64,000 bases of DNA, from IMG/VR virus record IMGVR_UViG_3300020438_004435; one strand, given 5' to 3'. The notes beneath the pieces were generated by a model. It did not search any database. It was not told the DNA's origin and saw nothing but the letters and a program-made list of their open reading frames with translations. Source of the stretch: a virus. This document shows positions 46,701-55,293 of this stretch, one piece after another. The position numbers and the translations under genes are program-made. Each line of letters opens with the position of its first letter. Within the stretch, counting starts at the first letter, position 1.

Positions 46701-48851
46701 ATCTGATGTATTTGCTAATGGGTTATAATTTACTGCTAATGGATTAGTACATCCGAATACTCTCGGTATGCAAACATTACCACAAAGAGCGGTTCCAGTA
46801 TAATAATGTTGATATAGGTTATATTCTAAAATTGGATCAGTATAAGGATTAGTTCCACCTGTTGCAATAACAGTTCCTATAGGATTTATTATTGCAAACA
46901 TACATTGTTCCGATGTGGTTTGGGAGTTACCAAATGAGTAGAAAAATACTTTTACTTCGTGTGCTGTATTCAAAGGTATAGCAGTAGTAAATGTTGAACC
47001 GGTATCAACAGTGAAAGGACCCCAATGATTATTACCTTGAGTTACTACTAAAAATGATCCTGCCCATCCATTACCTGCCCAATCAGTTAAAACCAAAGTA
47101 TTAAGACAACCAGGATTTAACTGCATGCTAGTTACAGTTGGATCATAATTAAATGCTGCTGGATCTGTACAACCATAAGTGTGAGGTGTTATACAGAATG
47201 TGGTGTCCATCTGATTAGCAAGAGGATTATATTCTACAAAATTAGGATTAGTACATCCTACAATTAAATTTGTTATACAGCTATTTACGGTTCCGGTATC
47301 AGAATAATTATATCCAAAATCTCCTCCTCCCATCGAAATAGTATCACAGTCAGTATATACTATCCATTCTCCATCTATACCACCAAATTGAGCTCCACCC
47401 AATCCATCACCGTATGAATCATTTATTTGAAACTCAATAGGCATTCCATTATCTATACAGATTTCTTGTGTTACTATTGCTCCTGTAGGAAATCCTGAAT
47501 ATGTTCCTTGTGTAACTTGAGTATGTATTCCAACGGAGTCAAATAATATCCATCCTGTTTCATTAGCATATTGATCTAACATTATTTCGATTGTTAGTTT
47601 TGTTTTTCCTGGAGAACATACAATGCCTCCTCCACCTACACATGTTCCATCATCTTGAGTTGCTGCTGGATTATAGTTAGTTGATGTTGAATCCATACAA
47701 CCTGTAATAAATAAACAGCTACCATCATCTAATCCTGCTGTATCAACATAATTTATTGCTAGTGAATCGGTACAACCTTCGATGTATTCACAAGGTGAAA
47801 TATACCAATAATCCCCTACTGTAACAGGAGCATATAATCCACCACTAGGATCAAAAGTCCAGATATTTCCATCAGCTTGTGATTGATTTCTTACTACATA
47901 AACTAGAATAGCGGGACTATTGCAATTTTGTGGCCAGTCAATACCATCAACAAAATACTCGTTACCATCTAACCATATTTTATTTCCTACATCCCATGCT
48001 GTTATATTACCAATCCAATCCATAAAGGATATACCAAAGTAGTTTGCAGTCCATTGTTGAGTGTTACAAGTTCCACCTGCAGCTACATATCCACTTACAA
48101 AACCTTGAGTAGCAGTTGAATCATAATTGTAAGCTATAGGATCTTGACAACCGAATATATAAATACAAAGTCCATTGTCTTGAGTAGCAAGTGAGTCATA
48201 ATTTTCTGCAATAGTGTCCATACAACCATAGAGGTATGTACAGCTTCCATCATTACCAGTAGCCAAAGAATCATAATTTTCTGCAATACTATCCGTACAA
48301 CCCCAGATTGGAGGGTTACCTATTTCTACATCATCTATAGCAATATCACTAGTCCAACTAATTCCTGTTTCTGCTTCGAATGATACTAAAAAATTACCCA
48401 CTAAACCTAAACTGTCGAGTGGGTATGCTTTGAAAAGCCAAAAATCTCCTTGATCACCCACGATTGAATCTAAATGAAACCATCCATTATCATCGTGAAT
48501 AAAAATATCTAGACGACCCATGTCGTCTCCATACATATGATACCAGAATTTTAATGCTTGACCTGGTGTTCCTGATATATCGAATGAATCGGTTTGGCAT
48601 ACAAATAATTTTTCTGGATGATTAGGAACAGATGATTCTACATACCAGTAATTACCACCACCTGTCATATCATCCGAAGGGCCTGTATTTACCGACCAAG
48701 TAGGACCTGAATTTAATATCCAATCACCATCATCGTCTTGTATGTTTTCTAAATCTCCACCGGTATCAAAATTTTCTATCCATGGAAATGAGGTTATTTG
48801 TGTATGACCTAATAAAGGTATCAGTAGTAGTAGTAGTATTAATTTTTTCAT
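43731..48851 (-). CDS. giant secreted protein: MAM-like domain, about 38 GC(T/M)D...NY...ANxxxGSC repeats, T9SS type A CTD
   Basis: Signal peptide; FWYHMYG..MGRL...DIAIDDV (MAM); C-terminal IYPNP...DMLG...GVYNL...RIVLGK. Confidence 0.85.
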   Translation of the reverse strand: MKKLILLLLLIPLLGHTQITSFPWIENFDTGGDLENIQDDDGDWILNSGPTWSVNTGPSDDMTGGGNYWYVESSVPNHPEKLFVCQTDSFDISGTPGQALKFWYHMYGDDMGRLDIFIHDDNGWFHLDSIVGDQGDFWLFKAYPLDSLGLVGNFLVSFEAETGISWTSDIAIDDVEIGNPPIWGCTDSIAENYDSLATGNDGSCTYLYGCMDTIAENYDSLATQDNGLCIYIFGCQDPIAYNYDSTATQGFVSGYVAAGGTCNTQQWTANYFGISFMDWIGNITAWDVGNKIWLDGNEYFVDGIDWPQNCNSPAILVYVVRNQSQADGNIWTFDPSGGLYAPVTVGDYWYISPCEYIEGCTDSLAINYVDTAGLDDGSCLFITGCMDSTSTNYNPAATQDDGTCVGGGGIVCSPGKTKLTIEIMLDQYANETGWILFDSVGIHTQVTQGTYSGFPTGAIVTQEICIDNGMPIEFQINDSYGDGLGGAQFGGIDGEWIVYTDCDTISMGGGDFGYNYSDTGTVNSCITNLIVGCTNPNFVEYNPLANQMDTTFCITPHTYGCTDPAAFNYDPTVTSMQLNPGCLNTLVLTDWAGNGWAGSFLVVTQGNNHWGPFTVDTGSTFTTAIPLNTAHEVKVFFYSFGNSQTTSEQCMFAIINPIGTVIATGGTNPYTDPILEYNLYQHYYTGTALCGNVCIPRVFGCTNPLAVNYNPLANTSDTSCYFNPGCTDPAYLEYHTQGYVADFNDGSCSTYAIFGCTDSTMFNFDQYATVQWTSVVDTTDPCITKVFGCLDPAAFNYCSFCNTEDYSCIPVIYGCMDSTMWNYDITANTDNGSCLPYVYGCTDSTMLNYDPLANTNDGTCIPFLYGCTDSTAINYNALANTDDGSCIAEQLGCTDSTALNYNILANTDDGSCIPYIYGCTDSTMYNYDSLANTNDGSCIPFIYGCIDPLMWNYDVFANTSDSSCIPFIYGCTDPTMWNYDILANTDNGSCEPFIYGCTDTTAFNYDPLANTDNGTCIPFIYGCTDPTALNYDPNANTNDNSCVSYIYGCTDSTMWNYNPLANTDNGTCVPFIYGCTDPLAANWDQLANTNDNSCYYNPGCTDANFLQFYTQGFVADFDDGSCVDSVLYGCMDNTMFNYNANANIDNGSCVPYIYGCMDTTMFNYNPLANTDNGTCIPFVYGCMDMTAANFNPLANTTDGSCYYAPGCTDPNFIQFWNQGFTADYDDGSCIDSVIYGCMDATQFNYNPQANLADGSCIPFIYGCMDSTMWNYNPAANTDNGTCIPFIYGCTDATAANYNPLANTLDGSCYYNPGCTDPLYLQFWTQGFTADYDNGSCTDLAVYGCMNPISFNYNSLANIDDGSCIGVVLGCMDDGIVIDYDGDGLPALNYNPLANTENGTCITKVFGCMDITMFNYNPLANVDNGSCIPFVYGCMDTTMFNYNPLANTQPANVCVPFIYGCMDDGQGNDFNGDGLPALNYCAPCNTNQVSSTDVSDPCIAQIFGCTDSTAFNYDPLANVDNGTCIATVYGCTDDYDFQGYLYNTYPNYIPGFNTVIVNNYDPLANTDDGSCLYYDLNTVTGAGNPYWLNDTCYAWVVYEVDPYCLNNQWDNFCQSQYNNCAFGDPLSTTDLIDRNSIKIYPNPTKGLFIIEAKGSFDVGITDMLGNNIMFIKDVKEPIDIANYKPGVYNLYIEYNNVIYNRRIVLGK

Positions 48852-48853
48852 TT

Positions 48854-51265
48854 TTATAAATTCCCTTTAAGTGATATTATGAAATTTCTTCCTGGTGCAG
48901 AAATACCAGATGCGAAAGTTCTGTAGTGTTGATCTAGAATATTTTCAATTCCAAATTGTATTTTAAGGTTATCATTAACCTTGTATTGAGCCGAAGTATT
49001 TAGCGTCCACCAAGAAGGGTAACCTTCATCGGTTCCTAAATCGTCATTATCGACACCGCTAGAATTCATTTCTTCTATATACTTCCATGCAGTGTATATT
49101 CCCCAAATTTTATATTCTAGCTTGCCTGTCTTAATCTTAAATAATGATTTTCCAAATGCAGGAGGTATGTGACCTAGTGGTTCATTATTAGATACATCCC
49201 ATCCTTTTTGCCAAGTAAATGATTCCTCATAGAATAACAAATCTTTGTATAATCTTGATTTTACACCAAATGACCATCCATAAATATATGCCTCAGGTGA
49301 GTTCATTAATGTCTGAACATTTACATCTTCATACTCATGTATTTGAGAATATCCTAAATCTTGTTTTACAATTGCATCCTTCAGGTGTGTATAAAATACG
49401 TTACCTGTACTTTGCATTCTTGGCTTTTTCCAGGTAATACTCATTTCACCATTATATGCATACTCTGGAGTTAGATCCGGATTAGGTATAACCATATTAC
49501 CTTTCTTAACAAATACCTTCCCATAATCATCTATATTTGGATTTCTAAATCCTGATGAAGCTACCCAATCAAATTTCCATTTTTCCGATGGTTTATAAAT
49601 TAAATTAAGATTACCTGTAAGAGCCCCATTATTAAATTCAATCTCATCCGTTACAAATACAGGATCAGTATCTCTAAACACCATATCACCTATAACTCTT
49701 GAATACCTTAATCCAGCATTCCAAACAAAAAATCTATTTACCTCTTTTTTATATGAACTATATAATGCTGCAGTTGATAAATTACTACCACCAGATGGAT
49801 ATCTTGCTTGAGTGCCTTCAGTTGCTGTTGATAATACATTATTATGGGTTAATTCTATTCCATAAACTAATTTATCTAATGAGAAGTCCCAATTAAAACT
49901 AAATACATCTACATCTATATATGTGTTATTATATTCCTCTGATTGATATTTTCTAGTAATCCTATCCTCTTCTATAAATTGATATGCTAATGTAATATTA
50001 TGACTATTAAAGAATTTATTTGTGGTATATGTGTTTATATCTAAAGAAGACATAAATCTTGTTTGAGGTCCATAAGACCATTCACTCCATTTTAATGTTC
50101 CATCCTTATATTCCTGAAGGTTATCATATCTTGGTATATTTGTTGTAGTAGAGAATTGATTGTTAAATCTTACAAAAACATTTTCTGATGTTCTCCATGC
50201 CATGTTGTTTAATATATCTATTTGTCTATATCCTGTGCCGATTTGTATATAAGGATTTTCATTTGATACCATCTGATCATTTTCATCCATATAATAGTTT
50301 ACTAATCCCCAATCACTATATCCATGAGGTCTCCATTGACCCATTTTAAGATCTCCAAATTCCTTAGCTGTTATAGAAAGAAAATTAGCAAAATTATCAC
50401 CACCAATATTATTACTTACATGAAAGGAGTATTCATTGGCTGCAGATCCATATCTAACTTCCGCATTTGTTTTATAGTATGTTTTATCATTTTTACTAAA
50501 TACTGGCTTTTTAGTATAAAAATGAACTACTCCTCCTAATGCATCACTACCATAAATTGTTGATGATGGACCAAAAACCACTTCAACTATTTCTAATGCA
50601 TTTGGATCTACTGTTAAAGCATTTTGTAAATGACCTGAACGATAAATTGCATTATTCATTCGGACTCCATCTACTACCAACAATACTCTATTAGCTTCAA
50701 ATCCTCTAATGATAGGTGAACCTCCGCCTAATTGAGATTTTTGTATAACTACACCTTGATTTGCAGTAAGAAGATCAGCTGTTGTAGATGCATTTGCATT
50801 TTGAATTTGTTTTACATCCAGGGATTGTATTTGGTAGGCTACATTTTCTCGAAGCTCTCTTGCCTTACTAGCTGATATAACGACATCTTCTAAATATTTT
50901 GATGATTGAGCTAATAAGATTACATAATCCTTCTTAGCCATTTCCTCTTTACTAATGTGCCGGGATTCATAACCAATAAAAGATATTGTAATTAATATAA
51001 CATCCGACTTAAATATAGAAAGATCTGCTTGACCATTTATATCTGTAGTAGTTCCTTTGCGTATAGAGTCTTTGAATGTCGTATTATTTCCAGGACTTAT
51101 AAGTAATTGTTTAGATACAATATTAGCAAAAGGAATAGGTTCTAATGTTTGCTGATCCTTTAGCGTTAAGGTTTGTGCGTTAATTGTTTGAGTCATTAGG
51201 AGTAATATTAAAAATACTATATAACCTAATAACAATTTGGAAGATGACCATTTTGTTGTTTTCAT
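48854..51265 (-). CDS. TonB-dependent receptor (Bacteroidota type, heme/iron-receptor-like)
   Basis: Signal peptide, carboxypeptidase-regulatory-like domain, plug (SPIIRGFEANRVLLVVDGV, GPSSTIYGSDALGGV), barrel ending ENILD..Y...PGRNF. Confidence 0.92.
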   Translation of the reverse strand: MKTTKWSSSKLLLGYIVFLILLLMTQTINAQTLTLKDQQTLEPIPFANIVSKQLLISPGNNTTFKDSIRKGTTTDINGQADLSIFKSDVILITISFIGYESRHISKEEMAKKDYVILLAQSSKYLEDVVISASKARELRENVAYQIQSLDVKQIQNANASTTADLLTANQGVVIQKSQLGGGSPIIRGFEANRVLLVVDGVRMNNAIYRSGHLQNALTVDPNALEIVEVVFGPSSTIYGSDALGGVVHFYTKKPVFSKNDKTYYKTNAEVRYGSAANEYSFHVSNNIGGDNFANFLSITAKEFGDLKMGQWRPHGYSDWGLVNYYMDENDQMVSNENPYIQIGTGYRQIDILNNMAWRTSENVFVRFNNQFSTTTNIPRYDNLQEYKDGTLKWSEWSYGPQTRFMSSLDINTYTTNKFFNSHNITLAYQFIEEDRITRKYQSEEYNNTYIDVDVFSFNWDFSLDKLVYGIELTHNNVLSTATEGTQARYPSGGSNLSTAALYSSYKKEVNRFFVWNAGLRYSRVIGDMVFRDTDPVFVTDEIEFNNGALTGNLNLIYKPSEKWKFDWVASSGFRNPNIDDYGKVFVKKGNMVIPNPDLTPEYAYNGEMSITWKKPRMQSTGNVFYTHLKDAIVKQDLGYSQIHEYEDVNVQTLMNSPEAYIYGWSFGVKSRLYKDLLFYEESFTWQKGWDVSNNEPLGHIPPAFGKSLFKIKTGKLEYKIWGIYTAWKYIEEMNSSGVDNDDLGTDEGYPSWWTLNTSAQYKVNDNLKIQFGIENILDQHYRTFASGISAPGRNFIISLKGNL

Positions 51266-51269
51266 TTCA

Positions 51270-51470
51270 CTACTCCTTATGGTTTTTGCTAAACCAATAA
51301 TCTATAACCTTACCGAATGCTGTAAGAAATGCTCCAATAATAATAAAAAGAAGATCTCTTGTTGTTCCAGTAATGTTTTCAAATACTATCAATTTCAATA
51401 TGTACCAAAAGATAGCAAAAATTGCGGCTGATAATATAAGCCTTGTTAATATATCCCAAATAGCATTCAT
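51270..51470 (-). CDS. small two-TM membrane protein (holin-like topology)
   Basis: Two TM helices; GKVIDYWFS end. Confidence 0.6.
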   Translation of the reverse strand: MNAIWDILTRLILSAAIFAIFWYILKLIVFENITGTTRDLLFIIIGAFLTAFGKVIDYWFSKNHKE

Positions 51471-52807
51471 TACAGCTTATATTTAATACCAAATGTTGTT
51501 TTATAATCCTGCACACCATAATAATTTGATATTTCTCCTGATATTGCAAAACTAAATTTCTTACCTAATTTTATTCCAGCCTCTAAACCGCCATCATATT
51601 CAAAAACATTATCTGTTGGTGCCCAATCGGCTTCCATACCAAATGCTTTTATTTCCTCACCATTACCAGAGGTTATCGTTTTAATTGATGGAACCTTTAG
51701 GTCTGTTTGTTGTGGATAAAAATTTACCCAAACATTAAAGAAATAATATTCAGATTCATTAAATACATCTAATCCTATAACTGGTGAGCCTGTGTATGCC
51801 CATAATCTTCTTTTAGCATTATATTCATTTGTAATATATGGTTCGGCTAATACAGGGTTTAATATTTCCGTATAAGTTCCTACTAATTCATCATTAGCCC
51901 ATTCTCCATTATTATCAAAATCATAAAATACATTTTGTGCGGCTGATGTAGTATCCCAATATGTATTTTCAAAGAATCCTATAAATTCATCAGTATAAGC
52001 CGCCCAAGGTGTTGCTCTAACATTATATCCTACTGTAAGATTGACATTATTATTAACCCTATACATTAATCTAATACCACTCTTTGCAAATTCCTGATTG
52101 GATCCATAATCTTCAATTAAAGCATTTACTCTATTTTTATGATCCGCTTCTATCCAAAATCCATAACGAGTAAAGATTTTAGTATATCTTATATATTGCC
52201 TTGATTCCGAGTATTCCCTTCCATCATTTCGAATCCAATCCCATGTAATTTTATATTCCATGCCTTGTTTATTGAAAGCATATGAATCCTTTGATTCATC
52301 CTTTTTCAATTCTTCATCATCTCTACCAAATAAATTCTGAGGACATGTAACACATTGATCGGATGCTTTTTTCTTTATACCAAATGAATATACATAATCA
52401 TCTGGAATAGATAGGTCGGCAAAATCCTTAGGCCTAGACATAAACCCACCGAATTGTAATTCAATTGATTCAAATAAATTTGTCTTCCCCCACTTTATAA
52501 TATCCTCAGTACTAATATCCCTTAAATTTATACTATCCCATCTAACCTCTTTACGAATATCTGCAAAAGAAAAGGTTAATTTTGTTTGCAATCCAAGTGT
52601 GTCGGTTTTTTTTCTTTCTCTTTCACAAGCCATATAATTTTTCCAATCAGTAATAAAGGAAGATATTTCTGGAGACATAATATAGTCCCCAGAATACTTA
52701 TATACCTTTTTATCCCAATTAGGAAAGATTGGTTTTTCACATACTACCTGTGAAGATACAACCTGCGCCAATAGAATGAATAATAATATTAATACCGTTT
52801 TTTTCAT
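51470..52807 (-). CDS. secreted protein, probable outer-membrane beta-barrel
   Basis: Signal peptide; amphipathic strands; ends TTFGIKYKL. Confidence 0.6.
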   Translation of the reverse strand: MKKTVLILLFILLAQVVSSQVVCEKPIFPNWDKKVYKYSGDYIMSPEISSFITDWKNYMACERERKKTDTLGLQTKLTFSFADIRKEVRWDSINLRDISTEDIIKWGKTNLFESIELQFGGFMSRPKDFADLSIPDDYVYSFGIKKKASDQCVTCPQNLFGRDDEELKKDESKDSYAFNKQGMEYKITWDWIRNDGREYSESRQYIRYTKIFTRYGFWIEADHKNRVNALIEDYGSNQEFAKSGIRLMYRVNNNVNLTVGYNVRATPWAAYTDEFIGFFENTYWDTTSAAQNVFYDFDNNGEWANDELVGTYTEILNPVLAEPYITNEYNAKRRLWAYTGSPVIGLDVFNESEYYFFNVWVNFYPQQTDLKVPSIKTITSGNGEEIKAFGMEADWAPTDNVFEYDGGLEAGIKLGKKFSFAISGEISNYYGVQDYKTTFGIKYKL

Positions 52808-52812
52808 TTATC

Positions 52813-52977
52813 TTACAATTTGCAATCGCGTCTGCAATATGCTAAATATGCTGCAGCTGCTAGTGCTGGCAATGCAACTATCCAATCACCTTTAGCTAAT
52901 TCCCAACCTGCAAATAATGCTACAGCGTATCCACCATAACAATTTGCATAACATTTTACTTTGTCTAAAATTTCCAT
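52813..52977 (-). CDS. small membrane protein (54 aa)
   Basis: Hand-translated MEILDKVKCYANCYGGYAVALFAGWELAKGDWIVALPALAAAAYLAYCRRDCKL*; GGAG upstream. Confidence 0.65.
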   Translation of the reverse strand: MEILDKVKCYANCYGGYAVALFAGWELAKGDWIVALPALAAAAYLAYCRRDCKL

Positions 52978-52989
52978 TTGATTCTCCGT

Positions 52990-53367
52990 TTATTTAATTA
53001 TGTCGTGACCACCGAGCGTTTTTAATTTAAGGTCTATTGCTTTGAACTCTACGTCAATTTCTTTTGTAATATCAAATACTTTTTTTTCTAGAGTGTTAAT
53101 TGTTTTAATTTTTTTATCTAATCTTTGTTCTACCGTCTCAATCTCCAGTTGTAATTTATCTTCTAGAGTTACGAATTTATCTAAAACCATTGCTGTTTCT
53201 TCTTCAAAAGCTTCATCAAATATTTTTTGTTTTTCCTCGAATATATGGATTTGATTTTTCATTGCATTAAATTCTCCATATATAATACCTAAGGTAAATA
53301 CAAATCCAATAAGGGTAATCCACATTTGTGGATCTATTTTTTCTAAATAGCTTTTTGTTACAGGCAT
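52990..53367 (-). CDS. membrane-anchored coiled-coil protein
   Basis: TM then long heptad repeat. Confidence 0.65.
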   Translation of the reverse strand: MPVTKSYLEKIDPQMWITLIGFVFTLGIIYGEFNAMKNQIHIFEEKQKIFDEAFEEETAMVLDKFVTLEDKLQLEIETVEQRLDKKIKTINTLEKKVFDITKEIDVEFKAIDLKLKTLGGHDIIK

Positions 53368-53368
53368 T

Positions 53369-53956
53369 TTATCTCTCCAACGTTATTTCTCTGTACTGGT
53401 AATGAGCTCCAGTTAGTTCTAATTCATCGTCATAACGTCTTATATTTTCAAGTACCCACTTGTTATAAGTTTTATATGTAGTTGTCCACTCTTCTGTATC
53501 TAACCCTAAATAATATGTAGCTGGAACATATACATAATCATAAGGTGTTGTATTGCAAAGTGGTTTTTCTGCTTTCCAATTCCATCCTAGAATGGATGAA
53601 TCTTGTAGTGTTGAGTTGTGATTATTACCCCATCTCATATTGGATGGATATCCTTCTGCACGTGTTCCGTATATTAAATCAAATTCTGCTGCACCATTAA
53701 ATATTACGGTTCCAATATCAAATGTAGAATCATTAACATATTCCACCCAGGCAGATACATCTAATCTGAATCCTTCCTCTAATAAATAAAATTTAGTGAT
53801 ATTCCATTCACCTGCAATCTCAGTAGGATCTACTGCCTCTGGTAAAGTAAATGGCTCTACAGGTTCTTTTTCACATGATACTACTAATAGTGTCCAAAAT
53901 ATAACCAGTATAGCCAGATAAATTTTATTAAGATTTGATTTGACAAACATTTGCAT
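53369..53956 (-). CDS. lipoprotein (lipocalin-like Bacteroidota type)
   Basis: LLVVSC-EKE lipobox with acidic +2/+3 residues; IAGEWNIT. Confidence 0.7.
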   Translation of the reverse strand: MQMFVKSNLNKIYLAILVIFWTLLVVSCEKEPVEPFTLPEAVDPTEIAGEWNITKFYLLEEGFRLDVSAWVEYVNDSTFDIGTVIFNGAAEFDLIYGTRAEGYPSNMRWGNNHNSTLQDSSILGWNWKAEKPLCNTTPYDYVYVPATYYLGLDTEEWTTTYKTYNKWVLENIRRYDDELELTGAHYQYREITLER

Positions 53957-53968
53957 ATAAATAACTTT

Positions 53969-54487
53969 TTATCTTTTACGGTTGATGATTTCCATCATAT
54001 GCATCTTTACAAATGCTATATCTCTTGTCATATCCGTCATTGGTGTCATATTTGCTCCCGTACAACCTAATTCATATGCAAATAAAGCTACATTATCAAT
54101 TGATGTTTCTATTTGTTCTGGAGCTGCTGAATCTTCTTCTACTACATCCTTCTCTATACCAAAAACTATATCAAGAAATTTTGCTGCTTTAGCTGCATAT
54201 ACCTGAGCTAATTTATTTGAATTTTCTGGTGTTATTTTTTTGAATAATAATACAGCCGATTTGCATATATCAAAATGTTTTGTTTGATAACCAAATACTT
54301 CAATATTTTCTCCGCTTCCAAAATGACCTGGCTTATCACCTTCTTCTTGTTCATTCATTCTTTTGCCATATGTATCAGTTACTGCGAATGGAGGATTATC
54401 CTTCATTGTATTAACGGCTCCTATTCTTCCACCGTTTACACGCATCATTTTTTCACTTAATAAGTCTTTTAATTTTAATCTTTTCAT
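53969..54487 (-). CDS. LxE-leader modular protein
   Basis: MKRLKLKDLLSE; internal RMNE. Confidence 0.7.
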   Translation of the reverse strand: MKRLKLKDLLSEKMMRVNGGRIGAVNTMKDNPPFAVTDTYGKRMNEQEEGDKPGHFGSGENIEVFGYQTKHFDICKSAVLLFKKITPENSNKLAQVYAAKAAKFLDIVFGIEKDVVEEDSAAPEQIETSIDNVALFAYELGCTGANMTPMTDMTRDIAFVKMHMMEIINRKR

Positions 54488-54506
54488 TTTATTTCCCTTT
54501 TAATAA

Positions 54507-54917
54507 TTAGGATGCCTTTCCAATAACGTTTACTCTTTTAAGAGCTGCTAGAAATTTATCTGTATCTACATAAGCCTCACCAATGTCTTTTGTTTTCATA
54601 GAAACTCCCTTACCTGCATAAGGTTCTGTTAATTTATCAACATATAAATGTGTAACATTAACTTCCTTATCTCTTAAATAAAGTTGTCTTTGGTGTAGCT
54701 TAAATTGTCCTTCCTTTGTTTCAATAACGTGATATTGCACATGAACAAACATTTTACCACCTTCAAAAGATTTAATTCTAGCTAATGCTTTTCTATCTGG
54801 AGCTACTCCTCTGAATCCTATTTTATTTAATATACTACCTACAGCACTTGGATTAACTTCACGATCTACCTGGAAATTCATTGATGTAAATTCTTTTAAC
54901 AATTGTTTTAATTTCAT
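54507..54917 (-). CDS. LxE-leader protein
   Basis: MKLKQLLKE. Confidence 0.7.
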   Translation of the reverse strand: MKLKQLLKEFTSMNFQVDREVNPSAVGSILNKIGFRGVAPDRKALARIKSFEGGKMFVHVQYHVIETKEGQFKLHQRQLYLRDKEVNVTHLYVDKLTEPYAGKGVSMKTKDIGEAYVDTDKFLAALKRVNVIGKAS

Positions 54918-54930
54918 AATTATCTACCTC

Positions 54931-55290
54931 TTATGGTTTAGTTGCCGCTGTTTGGCTCATTAATACGGTTGCCGAGCAACCATTGGTAGTAACTTCCTGT
55001 ATCGAAAATTCGTACAGTGATCCTGATGTAGCATTAAATCCTTCTGATGGATCTAAATTTATTGAACCACTGCCGGTTAATGTTACTATCGTTCCTGGTC
55101 CTGTTGTTCCTGAATCACCAACCATATTATGAAATATGATTCCACCTGCTCCAGCCATTGAGCCTGTAAACGCTACTGTATGGCCTGCTTGTATGTGATG
55201 TGCTTTTATCCATTTTCCAGGATGGTACATTATATTGCTAAATAGGCTAGCCGTTGGGTTTACTGGTGCGCTATATCCTTCATATGACAT
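54931..55290 (-). CDS. hypothetical (possibly virion) protein
   Basis: Gly/Ser/Thr-rich; GGAG upstream. Confidence 0.65.
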   Translation of the reverse strand: MSYEGYSAPVNPTASLFSNIMYHPGKWIKAHHIQAGHTVAFTGSMAGAGGIIFHNMVGDSGTTGPGTIVTLTGSGSINLDPSEGFNATSGSLYEFSIQEVTTNGCSATVLMSQTAATKP

Positions 55291-55293
55291 AAT

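Noticed and set aside
44100-48300. Regularly spaced repeats as CRISPR or DGR target
   Set aside because: They are degenerate protein repeats varying at synonymous sites; no reverse transcriptase or TR/VR pair seen
51237-51431. 64-aa minus-strand ORF
   Set aside because: Overlaps 51270..51470, which has clean junctions and TM topology
43731-53956. Host-DNA chimera as the explanation for the envelope gene block
   Set aside because: Same strand, similar composition, abutting junctions and flanking leader-type phage genes argue against it, though only read mapping can exclude it
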